A stretch of 64,000 nucleotides of DNA from Centroscyllium fabricii (GCA_051313645.2 JBNRSN020000017.1:32922001-32986000); one strand, 5' to 3'; counted from the stretch's first letter, positions 25,680 to 38,490 are shown. Made by a program: numbers and translations. Notes: generated by a model from the sequence alone, not told the origin.

Positions 25680-27724
25680 TGAGTGAGTGGGGAGGAGAGG
25701 GTGGGGGGCACTCGTTTAATTACGCGTTCATTAATGAGGACAACAAATGGAGATTAGGAATGGCAGCGAATATATAAATAAACTTGCGGGCTCGGGGGCA
25801 CCGAGATAATAACGAAAATGGTCTGTATGTATTTTTGAGAAGTCCCTGTTTCGTTTTAAGCTAGTGTTGGCATATCCCCCATATAGTATTTCAGGTTCAT
25901 TTCAGCAGGAGCGCTGACATAACGTAAATAAACAAATGTTAACAAGCAGCAGAAGACAAAAAACTCCCCCCACCCCCTCCACACACCCTGCAAAACACAG
26001 GACGCGTGCTTTGAAATGGATTTGGCCAGGGACATCTGAAAACCATTACAATTTCGAAGCCCCCAATTAGCTCAGGTGGCCGCAACCACACGCGCTGCCC
26101 ATATTACACCCAGGAATTATATTTCCACAACTTTAGAAAACAAAATAAATAGCCTGACTGCATAACAGATTTGTGGTAACTTGGCGAAAGCGGGACTCCA
26201 CTGGGCGACTGCGTGCTTTTGGAAACCCGAATCAAATGCTAACAGTATTTTCTTTTAATCGATGAATAATGCAATATTGTCCGCGTGTTCTAAATTGGAA
26301 ACCGTATTGTTGTTATGATCTTCTATGTTGCTTTGAAATGCCCCTTGTTTTAATCTGTGTTACGAGGGGGGGAGACTCGTTGACAGGTAGTCCATGTGTC
26401 GCCAGTGTCTCTGTGAAATGCCACAGTCCCCATTCGCTCCCAGTCCCCTGGCTTTTCACAGTCGCACTAAAGTCACTGTAACAAGCAGAAATGTTCAGAG
26501 AAAAATCACATCACCATTCCCAGGGGTGTGTGGACACGACTCGGCAATACAGTTCATTCGACGTGGAGCACCAGAAATTGTAACGGGAGCCTGTCCTTGC
26601 TGAACAGTAAAGAATTGCTTGGTGCAATTATTCTAGGAGTATAAAGTAGGGATGGAACTGACAAGAACAACAAAAGTAACACCGTTCGCGCTGTGATTTT
26701 TCGGCGCAGTTCTTGCTCGGGTATAATTCTACTGCACGACAGGCGGAAGCGGAATCCTGGTGTAAAATATCAAATACTGTACCTATTTGCCTCTGCGACT
26801 CGTCCTGGTTAACAGTGCATCTCCAAACACACGCTAAAAGCAGCTAAGACACGGGACGGGCAGGGGTCGGGGTCTTTATTGTGATCCTGCACAGCCACAG
26901 CACTTCAATACTCGGGTGCAGATAAACACCAAAGCAGAATTTTACCCCAATAAACACCTATTTTTAACCAGGGTTATTTCTGCGTAACGTGTTGCATGGT
27001 GTGCATTAGAAATAGTTCAGAAATCGGTTTAATTTTAGTTGCTTTCCCAAACCACGAATGTTCTCGACCTTAATCTCTATAGAGTCTCTCTCTCTCTCTC
27101 TCTTTGACCTTTGGACTGAATGTTAAGCTGAAACCTAGTTTCTGTTCGTTTCTCTCTCGGTTTAATACGATATCACTGATTGAAACCTCCCTAATAACAA
27201 TGCTCCCATTGTAAGAGTGTTAACAGTGACTGGACAATTTTCAGAGTCTTCAAGGTGATCCTGCCACGCCGTTTAAGGTGGCTCTGGGTCCAAGTTGTTT
27301 TTGAAACTCTTCCCTAACAGTGAAGCCAATATTTCTCAGACCAGGGCAAGAACCTCCTGAACTGGCTTAAAATGCATCGTATGGCATGCAATCGTTAACA
27401 TAAAGTAGAACTGCTTTGTTGAAATGTCTGGACGAAGTTTTTATCTTGTTGAGAAAGTACAGCCACATTAAATAGAAGGCCAACATTTAACCCCTTGTCC
27501 GGTTAGTAATTATATAATTTGTTATATTTTAAATGGACATTCGGAAAGGATGGGGTGATGTAACCGCCACACGGAAACAAAAAAATGTGGAGACTGGACC
27601 AGGCAAATATCTTCCAGTTTATATGCAACTTTTCACACAGTAAATGCAATAAGATCGACCCAATCTGGGCTGAGCAGGAGCTGGTTTTGAAAAAGAGTCG
27701 AACAAAACAATTATAAGGATGATA

Positions 27725-27860
27725 GCAAAATACTGCAGATACTGGGAATCCGAAATAATAACAGAAGACGCTGGAAAAACTCAGCAGGCCAGGCAACATC
27801 GGTGGAGAGGGGAATTTCGAGTCGACGTTTCGGGTTAGGGCCCCTTGCCAAGACTTTGTC
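27725..27860 (-). mobile_element. Penelope-like terminal fragment (family 2)
   Basis: AAAATACTGCAGATACTGG...GAGTCGACGTTTCGGG. Confidence 0.7.
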
Positions 27861-30800
27861 AAGGATGAACTCGGGATAAAGTTGTTCTGTGAGCAAGCGG
27901 TCTTATCTGAGGTGTTCGAAACAGAAATCAGCTGGAGAGGTGCACGACACTTTAAAGATCTCTTTTGACTACCTTAAAAAGAAATCCTGCACACACTATC
28001 AAAGTAGACCGAATCAAAAGTGAGGAGATTTTATTTTCTCTGACGTGAATGCTGCACAGTTTACGGCTCTGCCTATTACATCAAAGCACATGTCAAATGT
28101 TTGTGTTGTGTCTGACTCATAAAACATATTTATACAGGCTCTTCAAAGCTCCCGACGGTTTTAAAGACAAACAGGTTCGCTGTCAAAGATGCCCTGTCAC
28201 TCATTCAACTCCCCGGGCATGCGCAAGAAGGGGGCTCAGCCTCTGGTACTGAACACGATGAAACTGGATGTCGCTTTACTGTTTCCTGTGCCTCGCATTT
28301 CCTATGTGTGAACGGCAGCAACCACGTTTCATTTCTGACAATCAATATTTGTGAAGACCGATGCCGTTTTAATGTTAACTGCTGTCAGCCTTTGCTGCAT
28401 TCATATTCCACGAATCTGACTCGACCCTGGAAGTCCATAGTTCTTGATCTTCTTGGCCTGTTGCTCATGAAATGAAAAAAACGAAATTCATTTCCATAAA
28501 TGACGTTAGCTGTGTACCTTGCCATTCACGATTGTTCCTCCCATTGCTTTCCACTCTGTTACATTGTTGTAAACTCCTTCACGGTGGGTCTCCCAGACTT
28601 TCATCCCTGCAAAAAATCGCACTTAACTGTACAGTAAATGTTGAAAAACCTCAGTCTCGTTCTTAGAGAGCTAAACAGTGTGGATTACGTTGTGTGAATC
28701 TTAACTTCAGGTAGCAATCTCCAAGCAACCGCACAATCATACGAAGGACAGAATTAATCTGGCAGCACACAGGAACTTAAAATCACCGTCCTTTGTGCAA
28801 AGTTGGTGTTAAATGTTATTTTCTGTCAATTTAATACTAAATGCATTTATTTCGTTGATGTTAAATAATAATAGAATGACTGGAAATCGCTCGTTATCTG
28901 TATGCGTGTTTCTTGAAATAAAGCATGATAAAACCTCCGTTATCTTTCGAGATTTTATTGGCCGATCACTCACCTCTGTCCTCTCAGGTTGACACTGAGG
29001 AGGGTGATGAATGTGTGTATTTCCAGCGCGCGGTTGTCACTTTTTACAGAAATGAGTGTATCAACTCGAGAATGTTCAGGATTGATATGATTATTGCCCC
29101 CATCCATCCAGACACGATTTGATTGATGGCGATTTTGCAAAATTGACAACATCCGTAAAAGGGGCCACCACAGGTTTGGGGGGTTGTGTAACCCAATTGA
29201 TCTTACCCCCCCCCCCCCAAAAAAAAAACATGTGCCGCACATGGATAACAAAACGACAACTGGGAAGAGATTTATTGCAAACGCCTGTACATACAAATGA
29301 GGCTGTTTTGAAAATACTCCCTGAATCCGTATTTCTAAAATTTGACAGGATTATAAAAAGTGAAAAATTCTGTCTCGAACAAATTTAGGCAGAAGCGATA
29401 TAAAGATAGCAAAGGTGAAACTGACTATTGTAATTACAATAACGAAAATACTACTCGCCGAATTAGGGCGTTGTGGTCAATTTAATTTTAGATAAGCATC
29501 ATTGTGATCTTTGGCCCATATCGTCTTACTTTATTTTTAATTAACCCCTTAAAAGTAAAGCATTCTGTGACATGGTAAAGTAATAAAGCCCCCCCCCCCC
29601 CCCTTAACATATTGTATCTGTGGTTATTTCATAAGTTATCAGAGAAAAAACTTGTTGAGTTCATTCCAGTACATGCAAGATTGGTCAGGCGAGCCAACAG
29701 TTGCATTTAACTAGACTTGCAGCAGACAAGACAGAGAACTGACTGACTCTGTCATGACTTAATATGCAACGACTATAATTGCTTTCTGTTAAGCAGCTTG
29801 CATCGATCAGAACATCGCGGCTTTATATCTCTACACCACTTAGTCGCGTGTTTCAAAAATGCAAAGATGTACTTTAAATGTTGGTTGTGTTTATATTTTA
29901 AAAACGGTGCCAGTAAAAACAAAATACATTCTGAGGTTTGTTGCATCCTTAGACGCTTGCCGATGTTTTATCGAGGCTTAAATAATTCTTTCTTTTAACA
30001 GATATTTCGGGTGGTTGGACGTGAACTTTGAGATTTAATGAACTATTGAAAAAAACGAATGCATTGCAAGTGACATCGGAGTACTGCATTTCAGTGATAC
30101 CAAATTCAATTATAATTTCGCAAGCAAAATATGGAAAGTCAGAGCGAGTGGGTTCAGTCACTTGCAATGCAGAGTGACAAGGCACATTATAATGGAATAT
30201 AAATTCACCTTTCATTTCTTGCTGGGGAAATTGCAAGATTGGCGACCCCTTTCTTCTGCATTTATTTAAATGGGGTTTTTTTTTCATCCTAAATGTTGGC
30301 TGTGGAGACAAAATAAAATCTTTTCTCGGAAATGTCATTAATGTTGGGCTTTAAGGCAGATGCTCAACAAAAAGACCCCGCAGCGAGAAAAAGAATAAAA
30401 GTGTGCTCACTTTCTTGTTAAAACGAGTGAAGCATATCTCGGAGGGCGTTAATTCCTCGTGTTGTGATTCCTCTATCGGTCAATGCTAGCTGACACAGTC
30501 ACACTCTCGCCTGCCTCACACTCCCGACAAGGATGAGTTGGGAAAAACTTTGCTGAAGTTTTTTGGGAACGTGGCGCCACCTCTGGTTGCAATAAAGTAT
30601 TGCAACCCCCCAAAGTTCTGGATTCACGAGTCTATTTACAAGGCGTTATCTCCAACAAAGATAAACAACAGTCATTAATGAGATAATTAAGGCGATTTTT
30701 TTTTTCACGGTCGGTATTACTTAAGGGGAGGCACTCGTCAATTCCACAAACTCGTGCCGGCAAGACGATCGTTCGTAAGCGTCAAGCCATAAAATGAGTC

Positions 30801-32396
30801 ACAATGGTTTTATGATGTATATTTCCCATATCGTTCAAAGTAAACCTCATGCAATACAAATTATTTGTGTGAAGTTCCACCGTTGCAGAACGGATCTTAT
30901 CGGAACGAAATTAAGTTAATTCAACTTTCTTTATTTCCTTGAAGGCGCATTTGGGAGGTTTTATTATAATATATTTTTGACATCGATCAGAGGACATTTG
31001 GAGTGCCTTTTGGTCAGCGTGTGCTGCCATTTCACACTTATCCCCCAAAAATGGATTGAAACAGATCTCAATTCGAAAATAAGAGCGGCGCGAAGAGGTT
31101 TAGGAGCTCGACGATTTAAAAACAATCAAACTCTTGACAAGAACTTCCGAGAAATAAGTAAAGAGTGCCCGCTGTATTTCTGGAATGTTTTTTTTTAAAC
31201 TATTCTTATTACGAAAAGCAAAAAACAATTGTTGCCGAGAAGGCGTTCAGTCACAACATCCAAAAGACCCATTAAAGTCATTATTAACGTGTCCTGAATA
31301 TTAACAACTCTCATTAAAGTGACTAATTTACTTAGCTCCGTGAAAACTGCAATTAAAATCCCAAAGAATAGTGTTCAAGCAGACATGTTAATCAGGATTT
31401 AGTGTTCCTGTCTGCAATAGCTATATATTTGACCGAAAAATACCTCCATATGTTTTATCAAGGATGGACTGAACGCGAATACAATGTCATTATTATTATT
31501 AGGAGAAGGTTATGCCAAATACTGCCTGGGAGTGTTCTTATCTGCAATTATTACTAATTGCAATTTACAGAAAATTGCATTAAGATTCGCGTTTCATCTG
31601 AAACCAACAATATATGTGTGGGGGTGGGTTTGGAGAGCGGCAGAATCCAACTGCAGCTCCGCATCACACCGAGGGCAAAGAAAGCCTGGATTATTTTCCA
31701 CATTAAACCCCCACGGAAGGATTCCCCAAATCCAACAGTGTTTGGATTCATCGCAGGACAAATATGCACCCATCGCCTGAGCAGCACAACTTCACAGGTC
31801 ATTGCTTTCTGCTGAGCGCCGCCAGCTTCCCCACTGAAGGTAACTTGCTCACTCTGTGTGTTATTTAGGTCCTTACAAATATTGATTTACCACATCAGGT
31901 TTTTAAAAAATATATATTTTGTTGCAAGCAACTTTTTTTTGGGGGGGGGGGTTACCAAAACTGGGAGAGAGCGCGCAATTGGATTGCTTCAGGCTGTTGA
32001 ATCAGCACCGTCTCCAGCACTTTGTAACAAAACCTGTGGATCAGACATTTTAACAGGATTGAGATACAATGCGAGAGACAGAAGTAACTCATTGGGGAGG
32101 GGGAGGACCGGGGCATTTTTTTTTGTGAACAAATCCGCACACATGCCACTAAAGGACACAAACTGCGCCTGTGTGTGTGTTCAGCACTCAGACACATCCA
32201 TGTTACTGAAACATGCAGCCAGCTCGCAACTTGCAGACACTGTCAAGTGGGCGCGTTAAGAAAGGATGCTGTCACTGCCAATGTGCAATAATGGCCTAAT
32301 ATAACTGCATCCAGGCAGCAAGTATTTCCTGATTTTTATCTTCGCGTTGCTGCTGACATTTGAAATCTGCTCGATTGTGCAATTTGATTTATATAT

Positions 32397-32603
32397 AACT
32401 AAATGTGTAATGAAAGTTGGGCCATGGTTGTCCTGAGTTCTGATTTCTCCCTACTGAAAGATGCCCAGCAGAGAGGCTCAATCAGTCGGACTGTGGCGGA
32501 TCGCCACAGTCCGACTGATTGAGCCTCTCTGCTGGGCATCTTTCAGTAGGGAGAAATCAGAACTCAGGACAACCATGGCCCAACTTTCATTACACATTTA
32601 GTT
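32397..32603. repeat. Perfect inverted repeat, 102-bp arms, 3-nt spacer
   Basis: 32397-32498 is the exact reverse complement of 32502-32603; spacer GAT. Confidence 0.98.
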
Positions 32604-33070
32604 GTCCTCCTCACACGAGTCTCAACGCTGATGGCCAGACCCCCAAAACGCAAAGCCGGAGCGCCGGACCGCCTAAATAATGCCCACCTTCGTCTCTGGC
32701 GTTTCATTATTCGGCACCGAGGAACTTTTGCCTGTGCCAACTAATCGCAAGCAGGGGCATCGCCCGATTGATGGTGACTGGAGGGGATTTGATTAGGTCG
32801 AGCCGGCTGGCGTTCTCGCAGTGAGAATAAAGTCTGCACTTGGCATCGCCAAAAACAAGCGAAACTCTTAAAATCGCCCCCCTCCCTCCCCAAAGTTTAA
32901 ACTGCAGCTGGAACGGGGAAAACCAAAGCCACATTCAAGAGGGAAAGTGTTTCAAAAACAGCGGCGCAGACTTTCTCCAAGTAACTGCACCAACTTCACC
33001 CTCCCGACGCTCAACTATTTCCTGTTTACAAAATAACGCGGCTTCCAAATGAAACACACGCCATGTGCAG

Positions 33071-33105
<35 letters not shown>

Positions 33106-33289
33106 AACACCACAGTAAAAGCAGAAGGAGGCTGCTGCTAAAGCTACCGGTATCTGTCGCTTTATCTGATTACATCAGTTCAAGTCAAGAAAAAAAAATT
33201 GGGAGTTCAAATCTGATCAAATCTTGGGTTTCTCAGCTGAGCTGAGATTTCTTTCCCCCCCCCCTCTCCCCCGGGCTGGACTCCTCCCA

Positions 33290-33400
33290 GAACCCGCCCC
33301 CTGAACTTTGAGCCAATCGCACAGATGCGAACCAGTAGGCGGTTTGTTCCGATTGGCGCCTGCTAGTTTATGCCTCTGTATTGAGCAAGTCAAATATACT
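33290..33400 (+). promoter_or_regulatory. sox9 proximal promoter
   Basis: GC box CCCGCCCC (33293), CCAAT (33313) and inverted ATTGG (33352) ~250-300 bp before the ATG; twin CCAAT boxes are known from mammalian SOX9 promoters; TSS position inferred. Confidence 0.7.
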
Positions 33401-33599
33401 CAGCAAACAGCCCGAGTTGCAGCAACAGAGCCACTTGGTTACAACTCGGAGCGGATTGGCAAGTTTCTCCGCTCAGACACACACACACAGACACAGAGAG
33501 ACACACAGAGAACACATTCAGCGAGTTCTCCACCCCTGCTACCATTTGATTTCCTTCCAGTTTTGCCTTGTGCAGTCCGCCTCTTCTTTTTGTTTTTGC

Positions 33600-34033
33600 A
33601 TGAATCTCCTCAACCCCTTCCTGAAAATGACAGAACACGAAAAGACGCTCTCCGACGTGCCCAGCCCCACCATGTCGGAGCAATCGGCCGATTCGCCCTG
33701 CGGATCCGGGGCTGGCTCGGACGCCGAGAACACCAAACCCGGCGAGAACGGTCAGGACGAGCTGTGCGCCCCGATTCTGGACTCCAAGAAAGAGGACGAC
33801 GACAAGTTCCCGGCCTGTATCCGGGAGGCGGTGACCCAGGTGCTGAAAGGATACGACTGGACCCTGGTGCCCATGCCCGTCCGTGTCAATGGCTCGTCCA
33901 AGAACAAACCTCACGTCAAAAGACCCATGAACGCCTTCATGGTCTGGGCTCAGGCTGCCCGCCGAAAACTGGCCGACCAGTACCCCCATCTGCACAACGC
34001 CGAACTCAGCAAAACCCTGGGCAAGCTGTGGAG
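33600..34033 (+). CDS. sox9: SRY-box transcription factor 9, exon 1
   Basis: [12 protein letters not shown]...; dimerization domain [24 protein letters not shown]; HMG box start [21 protein letters not shown]; donor AG|GTGAGT. Confidence 0.97.
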
Positions 34034-34125
34034 GTGAGTGACCCTGACTTTTGTGTGACTTCTTGCATTTGTCCACCCCAGTCCAACAGCGGCAGCTCCA
34101 CACCCTGACTTTGCACATTGCATCT

Positions 34126-34298
34126 CAGTCAAGTTTAGCAAAAAGGCAGATTGGGGAAGGTGGTCAGTGTTGTGCTCGTTGTGCATCTGTTCAACAAAAA
34201 AAAAACAATATTCCCCAGTCAAGTTTAGCAAAAGGCAGATTGGGGAAGGTGGTCAGTGGCTCGTTGTGCATCTGTTCAACAAAACAAAACAATATCCC
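34126..34298. repeat. ~90-bp tandem duplication in sox9 intron 1
   Basis: CAGTCAAGTTTAGCAAAA(A)GGCAGATTGGGGAAGGTGGTCAGTG... begins at 34126 and again at 34216. Confidence 0.92.
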
Positions 34299-35206
34299 CC
34301 CCCCCCCCCCTGTTCCTAAATAATATGCATGAATTATTTCATGTGCAACGCATGGGATTTTTTTCTCTCATTCAGAATGAATGGTTTGATCTTTGATCGA
34401 TGCAGTGAAGCACATCGAGAAAAAGGCATTCTTCCTGGGTTAAAGCAGATCTTTGCGCGCTGGCTTGTTTGTATCTGAAGTAGTTTGGATGCAGAGGGAC
34501 ATTTTTTTGGTTTGTTGTTGCCCGTCTTATCGTGGAAAGAAACACGCGTGGAAATGAATGCATTTGAGTGCAAGACTCGAACGTCAAACGATGCAGAAAG
34601 AGTTAGCTCGCAGAATGCAACCAAACCAATCCTCACATTTGAGGCCAGGAAAGATTTCGAGAATGTAACAACTTCACCGCAGACGGTGCTTTGCCTGGAT
34701 CTAGTGGGGGGGGGGGGGGGGAGCTGTGCAAAAAGCAAAGGGTTTCAGGCGCGTTTTATTCCTGGTGAAAGTTGGTGCGTTGTCTGCTCAGGGGGAGGGT
34801 TGGACCTCAGAACGAGTTTGGTTGGTTTGAGAGAGATTTTCTCTTTCTCTCTCAGTCCCAGTTGAACCTGTCTTGGCCGCGCGGTAACTGGAAAAGGAAA
34901 CTTGTCAACACACACACACACAAAAAAAATCGATCCGATCGAATTCCTTCACAGTTCATTTAGCCCAGCTCCAAACCGGCTTTGGCTGAACGTGTCCAGA
35001 CACAAACCTGGGGATCCGCCTGAGCTGACTGGCTCTGGGATAAACGCAAAAGTTTCAAGAGAGTTTGGGGAATTCTGCAGAAACTGATGCCACCAACACG
35101 GTGCTGAAGCTGGCCGCTGTAGATTTGATTTTAAATCGGGAAGTATTGTTATTAATATACATATATTTATTTATTAATTTTGTTTTGTTTTCCGGGTTGG
35201 CTGCAG

Positions 35207-35460
35207 ATTGCTCAACGAGGGCGAGAAGCGCCCCTTCGTGGAGGAAGCGGAACGGCTGAGAGTGCAGCACAAGAAGGATCACCCCGACTACAAATACCAG
35301 CCCCGGCGGAGGAAGTCGGTGAAGAACGGCCAGGGCGAAAGCGAGGAAGGGGCCGAGCAGACTCACATCACCCCCACCGCCCTCTTCAAAGCCCTGCAGG
35401 CCGACTCTCCGCGCTCCGCCTCCAGCATGAGCGACGTGCATTCTCCCGGAGAGCATTCAG
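35207..35460 (+). CDS. sox9: sox9 exon 2
   Basis: Acceptor CTGCAG|A; [39 protein letters not shown]...SPGEHS; donor CAG|GTAAAG; phases consistent. Confidence 0.97.
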
Positions 35461-35591
35461 GTAAAGGGGGGCAGAGAGCTGGACACAAGTGGTCGAGGCT
35501 TGAGCTAACCGGGGACAAAAGCGAAATGCATTCTGTCTTGATAAGTTGCTAACTTTTTTTTAAATTAAAAACATTGAGAAGTGACAACAGT

Positions 35592-35812
35592 GAATGCTGG
35601 AAAAAAAACTCAGCAGGCCAGGCAACATCCTGGAGAGAAATAGAGTCGACGTTTCAGGCTGGGACCCTTTATCAAGACTTGACAAAGTCTTGACAAAGAG
35701 TCCTAACCCGAAATGTCGACTCTATATGTCTCTCCACGGATGTTGCCTGGCCTGCTGAGTTTTTCCAGCATTTTCTGTTGTTATTTCAGATTTCCAGCAT
35801 CCGCAGTATTTC
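35592..35812. mobile_element. Inverted pair of Penelope-like termini in sox9 intron 2
   Basis: ATGCTGGAAAAA..CTCAGCAGGCCAGGCAACATCC (left) versus GGATGTTGCCTGGCCTGCTGAGTTTTTCCAGCAT (right). Confidence 0.8.
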
Positions 35813-36031
35813 AAGATTCAAAGATAATTTTATTGCAATGTGTAACTCGTACAATGGAATGCTTACTCCCCATTCACTCCCACGATTATAAATGTAGAAA
35901 AGCAAAAAGTAAAAAAAACAAATATTTTGCTATCATTGAGAAGTAAGTTGGTTTGGAGATTGGGATGCGTTGCACACGTGAGCTGTGGCAGGTCGGAATA
36001 ATACATTGACTTCTGTTTTTCTGGCCTTCAG

Positions 36032-36762
36032 GACAATCTCAAGGACCACCGACGCCTCCCACCACTCCCAAGACAGAAGTCCAGCCTGGGAAACCTGATC
36101 TGAAGCGTGAAGGTCGCCCCCTGCAGGAAGGAGGGAGACAGCCTCACATTGATTTCAGCAATGTGGACATTGGCGAACTCAGCAGCGAGGTCATGTCGAA
36201 CATGGAGACGTTCGATGTCAACGAGTTTGACCAGTACCTCCCGCCCAACGGCCACCCGGGAGTTCCAGTCACCCACGCCAGCCATGGACAGAGCGCTCAG
36301 GCCACCTACACAGGCAGCTATGGGATTAGCAGCACTTCGGGCAGCCAAGCCGCCCACCCTTGGTTGTCCAAGCAGCATTCCATGACGAGCCTCGCCGGCG
36401 AGCCGGGACAGCAGCAGAGGACACACATCAAGACAGAGCAGCTGAGCCCTAACCACTACAACGAGCAGCACTCGCCCCAGCAGATCAACTACAGCTCCTT
36501 CAATATGCAACACTACAGTTCATCTTACCCGTCCATTCCTCGTACCCAGTACGAATATTCAGACCACCAGAATACCAATTCCTATTACAGCCACGCTGCG
36601 GGGCAGACCACAGGCCTGTACTCCACCTTCACCTACATGAGTCCATCCCAGCGCCCCATGTACACACCCATTGCAGACACCACGGGAGTCCCTTCCATCC
36701 CCCAAACCCACAGTCCGCAGCACTGGGAGCAGCCAGTCTACACACAGCTGACCAGACCTTAA
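36032..36762 (+). CDS. sox9: sox9 exon 3
   Basis: Acceptor TTCAG|GA; [14 protein letters not shown]; K2 domain [27 protein letters not shown]; IKTEQLSP; C-terminus [13 protein letters not shown]. Total CDS 1419 nt = 472 aa. Confidence 0.97.
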
Positions 36763-38490
36763 TTGACCCACTGGTCCAGACTGGAGTACGTAAAGGAGGT
36801 TGATGAGGACCAGAGAGAGAGAGAGGTGCTCTGCACTAACATGAACTGCTGTCGGAAGCAGCTGAAGTGTCCTACCACAAAGTGCTTTGCTGTGTCCATT
36901 CAGTACTGGTGACTGATTAAAAAAAAATGTTCAAACATTCCATGGCTGAAAGTTAAGGCAAGTCATTGAATGAACAAGTCTGAGCAGTCAAGTCAGCTGG
37001 TTTGGTCATTTCCTGTGTTTGGACTTATTATTTTGTAGTATTGAAATCCTCTGTGAGGAGAATTTTCTTTAATTTTTTTGAATTTAGTATGTACTGTGTA
37101 TGAGTCATTGCCATTTGCAGTGTGGGGATTTATACATATTTTAGAGAATAAAAGCTCTTATTTTCAAAGATCAATTGCCAAACCACTTTTGGTAGAATAC
37201 TTAACAGTTTGCATTTGCTATTGCCATAAGACCTATTTTTGTATGAAATAGTATCTTTTTCACTCTATTTACAGTGTCCTTTTTCGAAAAAATATGTTCC
37301 TGCAACTCCTGTCAAAAGGAAAAAGCAGATTAAGGCCAGAATATAGTAAAAGGAAGGGATTGGTGACTGTTTATACCAGTTTAAAGCGGGAATGGCATTT
37401 TCTGTTAACGGTAGAGGTACTGATAGATTTACCAGGCCTCCCCACACACACGGTGCCATACGTTGTGTTATGAAATGGAATAGACATCGAGGTGGATTGA
37501 GTTTCTGAGCATTCCTACGCTGAGAAGTACAGCATCCAAGCATTAGGTAGTGAATATACAGATGACGTCCAGCTTCCTGCATGAGAACTTGTGCATTAAA
37601 AAAAAATCAGGAAGTGTTTTTAACCCTCTGAGTACAGCACGCGTGTGTTGCACACGGCAAGCAGCAAAACAACTTCCAGAGCTTTGAAAGTCTAAATACT
37701 GTCAAATCCTCATTGGTACTGCAAAATTTGAACCAGACAGCATTACGAACAGTAATTATTATCTTGCGCAAGTAAAACAGAAGTTTGTACCCCTGTCTTT
37801 GGGTGTCCATTTGCTGTTTTAGTACTCAGAGGGGAAGAGCTCGAATTGTCAACTCCCAAAATATGGTTAAAAACTGTAAACGTTATTTATCTCGTAAAGT
37901 TTCTTATTAAAGTAATTTTTTTTTTACATCTTGTACTTAGTTCTTTTCTGTACAGTTGTGTGGATGTTAAAAGATAAACTCAACTTTATTAAGCTAATCA
38001 GAAATGTGTAAAGACTGGAAGATCGATTTCACATGAATATGCGGATTGCAAATGTAGTTTACAGCATTTGCTAATTGCTTCGGCTACTACTTTTTGCTAA
38101 CTAGAGAAAATGAAAAACTTTTTGTAACTTTTTTTTACCTGACATTTACAAAAAACCTCTTGAAAGTTTTCACTCTATTTTCATTAAGCTGTGGCATGGT
38201 TGTACAGATTGCTTTTTAAAAAAGACAACAGGCATTCAAAAATATATATTTGTTAACAGTTTTATTGGAAAAGTGTAATAGGGATTCAGTGGTACAGAAT
38301 TCAATTACTCTGTAATATGGCTGAACCTCTTATTTCTGTATAAAAGTTGGACATTAAAGTATTTCTGTAACTTAAAACTATCAAATCAGATATTTTGCCT
38401 TTAGGTGAGTTTGGAAAGATCTTTCTTTTAAAATAAACTTACCTTTTGTATATTATTGTTTGCAATAAATAAGAAATGTATTAAAATATA
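36763..38490 (+). other. Probable sox9 3' UTR
   Basis: AT-rich and TE-free; AATAAA at 38432 and 38464, ATTAAA at ~38480; 3' end inferred. Confidence 0.6.

Noticed and set aside
29206-29229. Poly-C/poly-G runs (also ~6067, 29588, 34295, 34705)
   Set aside because: Simple homopolymers of unreliable length; no specific function can be supported.
33381-33599. In-frame N-terminal extension of Sox9
   Set aside because: Starts at TTG with no ATG, includes a CA/GA microsatellite, and the conserved MNLL start is at 33600.
33390-34118. 242-aa antisense ORF and 266-aa alternate-frame ORF over exon 1
   Set aside because: Expected shadow ORFs of GC-rich coding sequence; no independent evidence.
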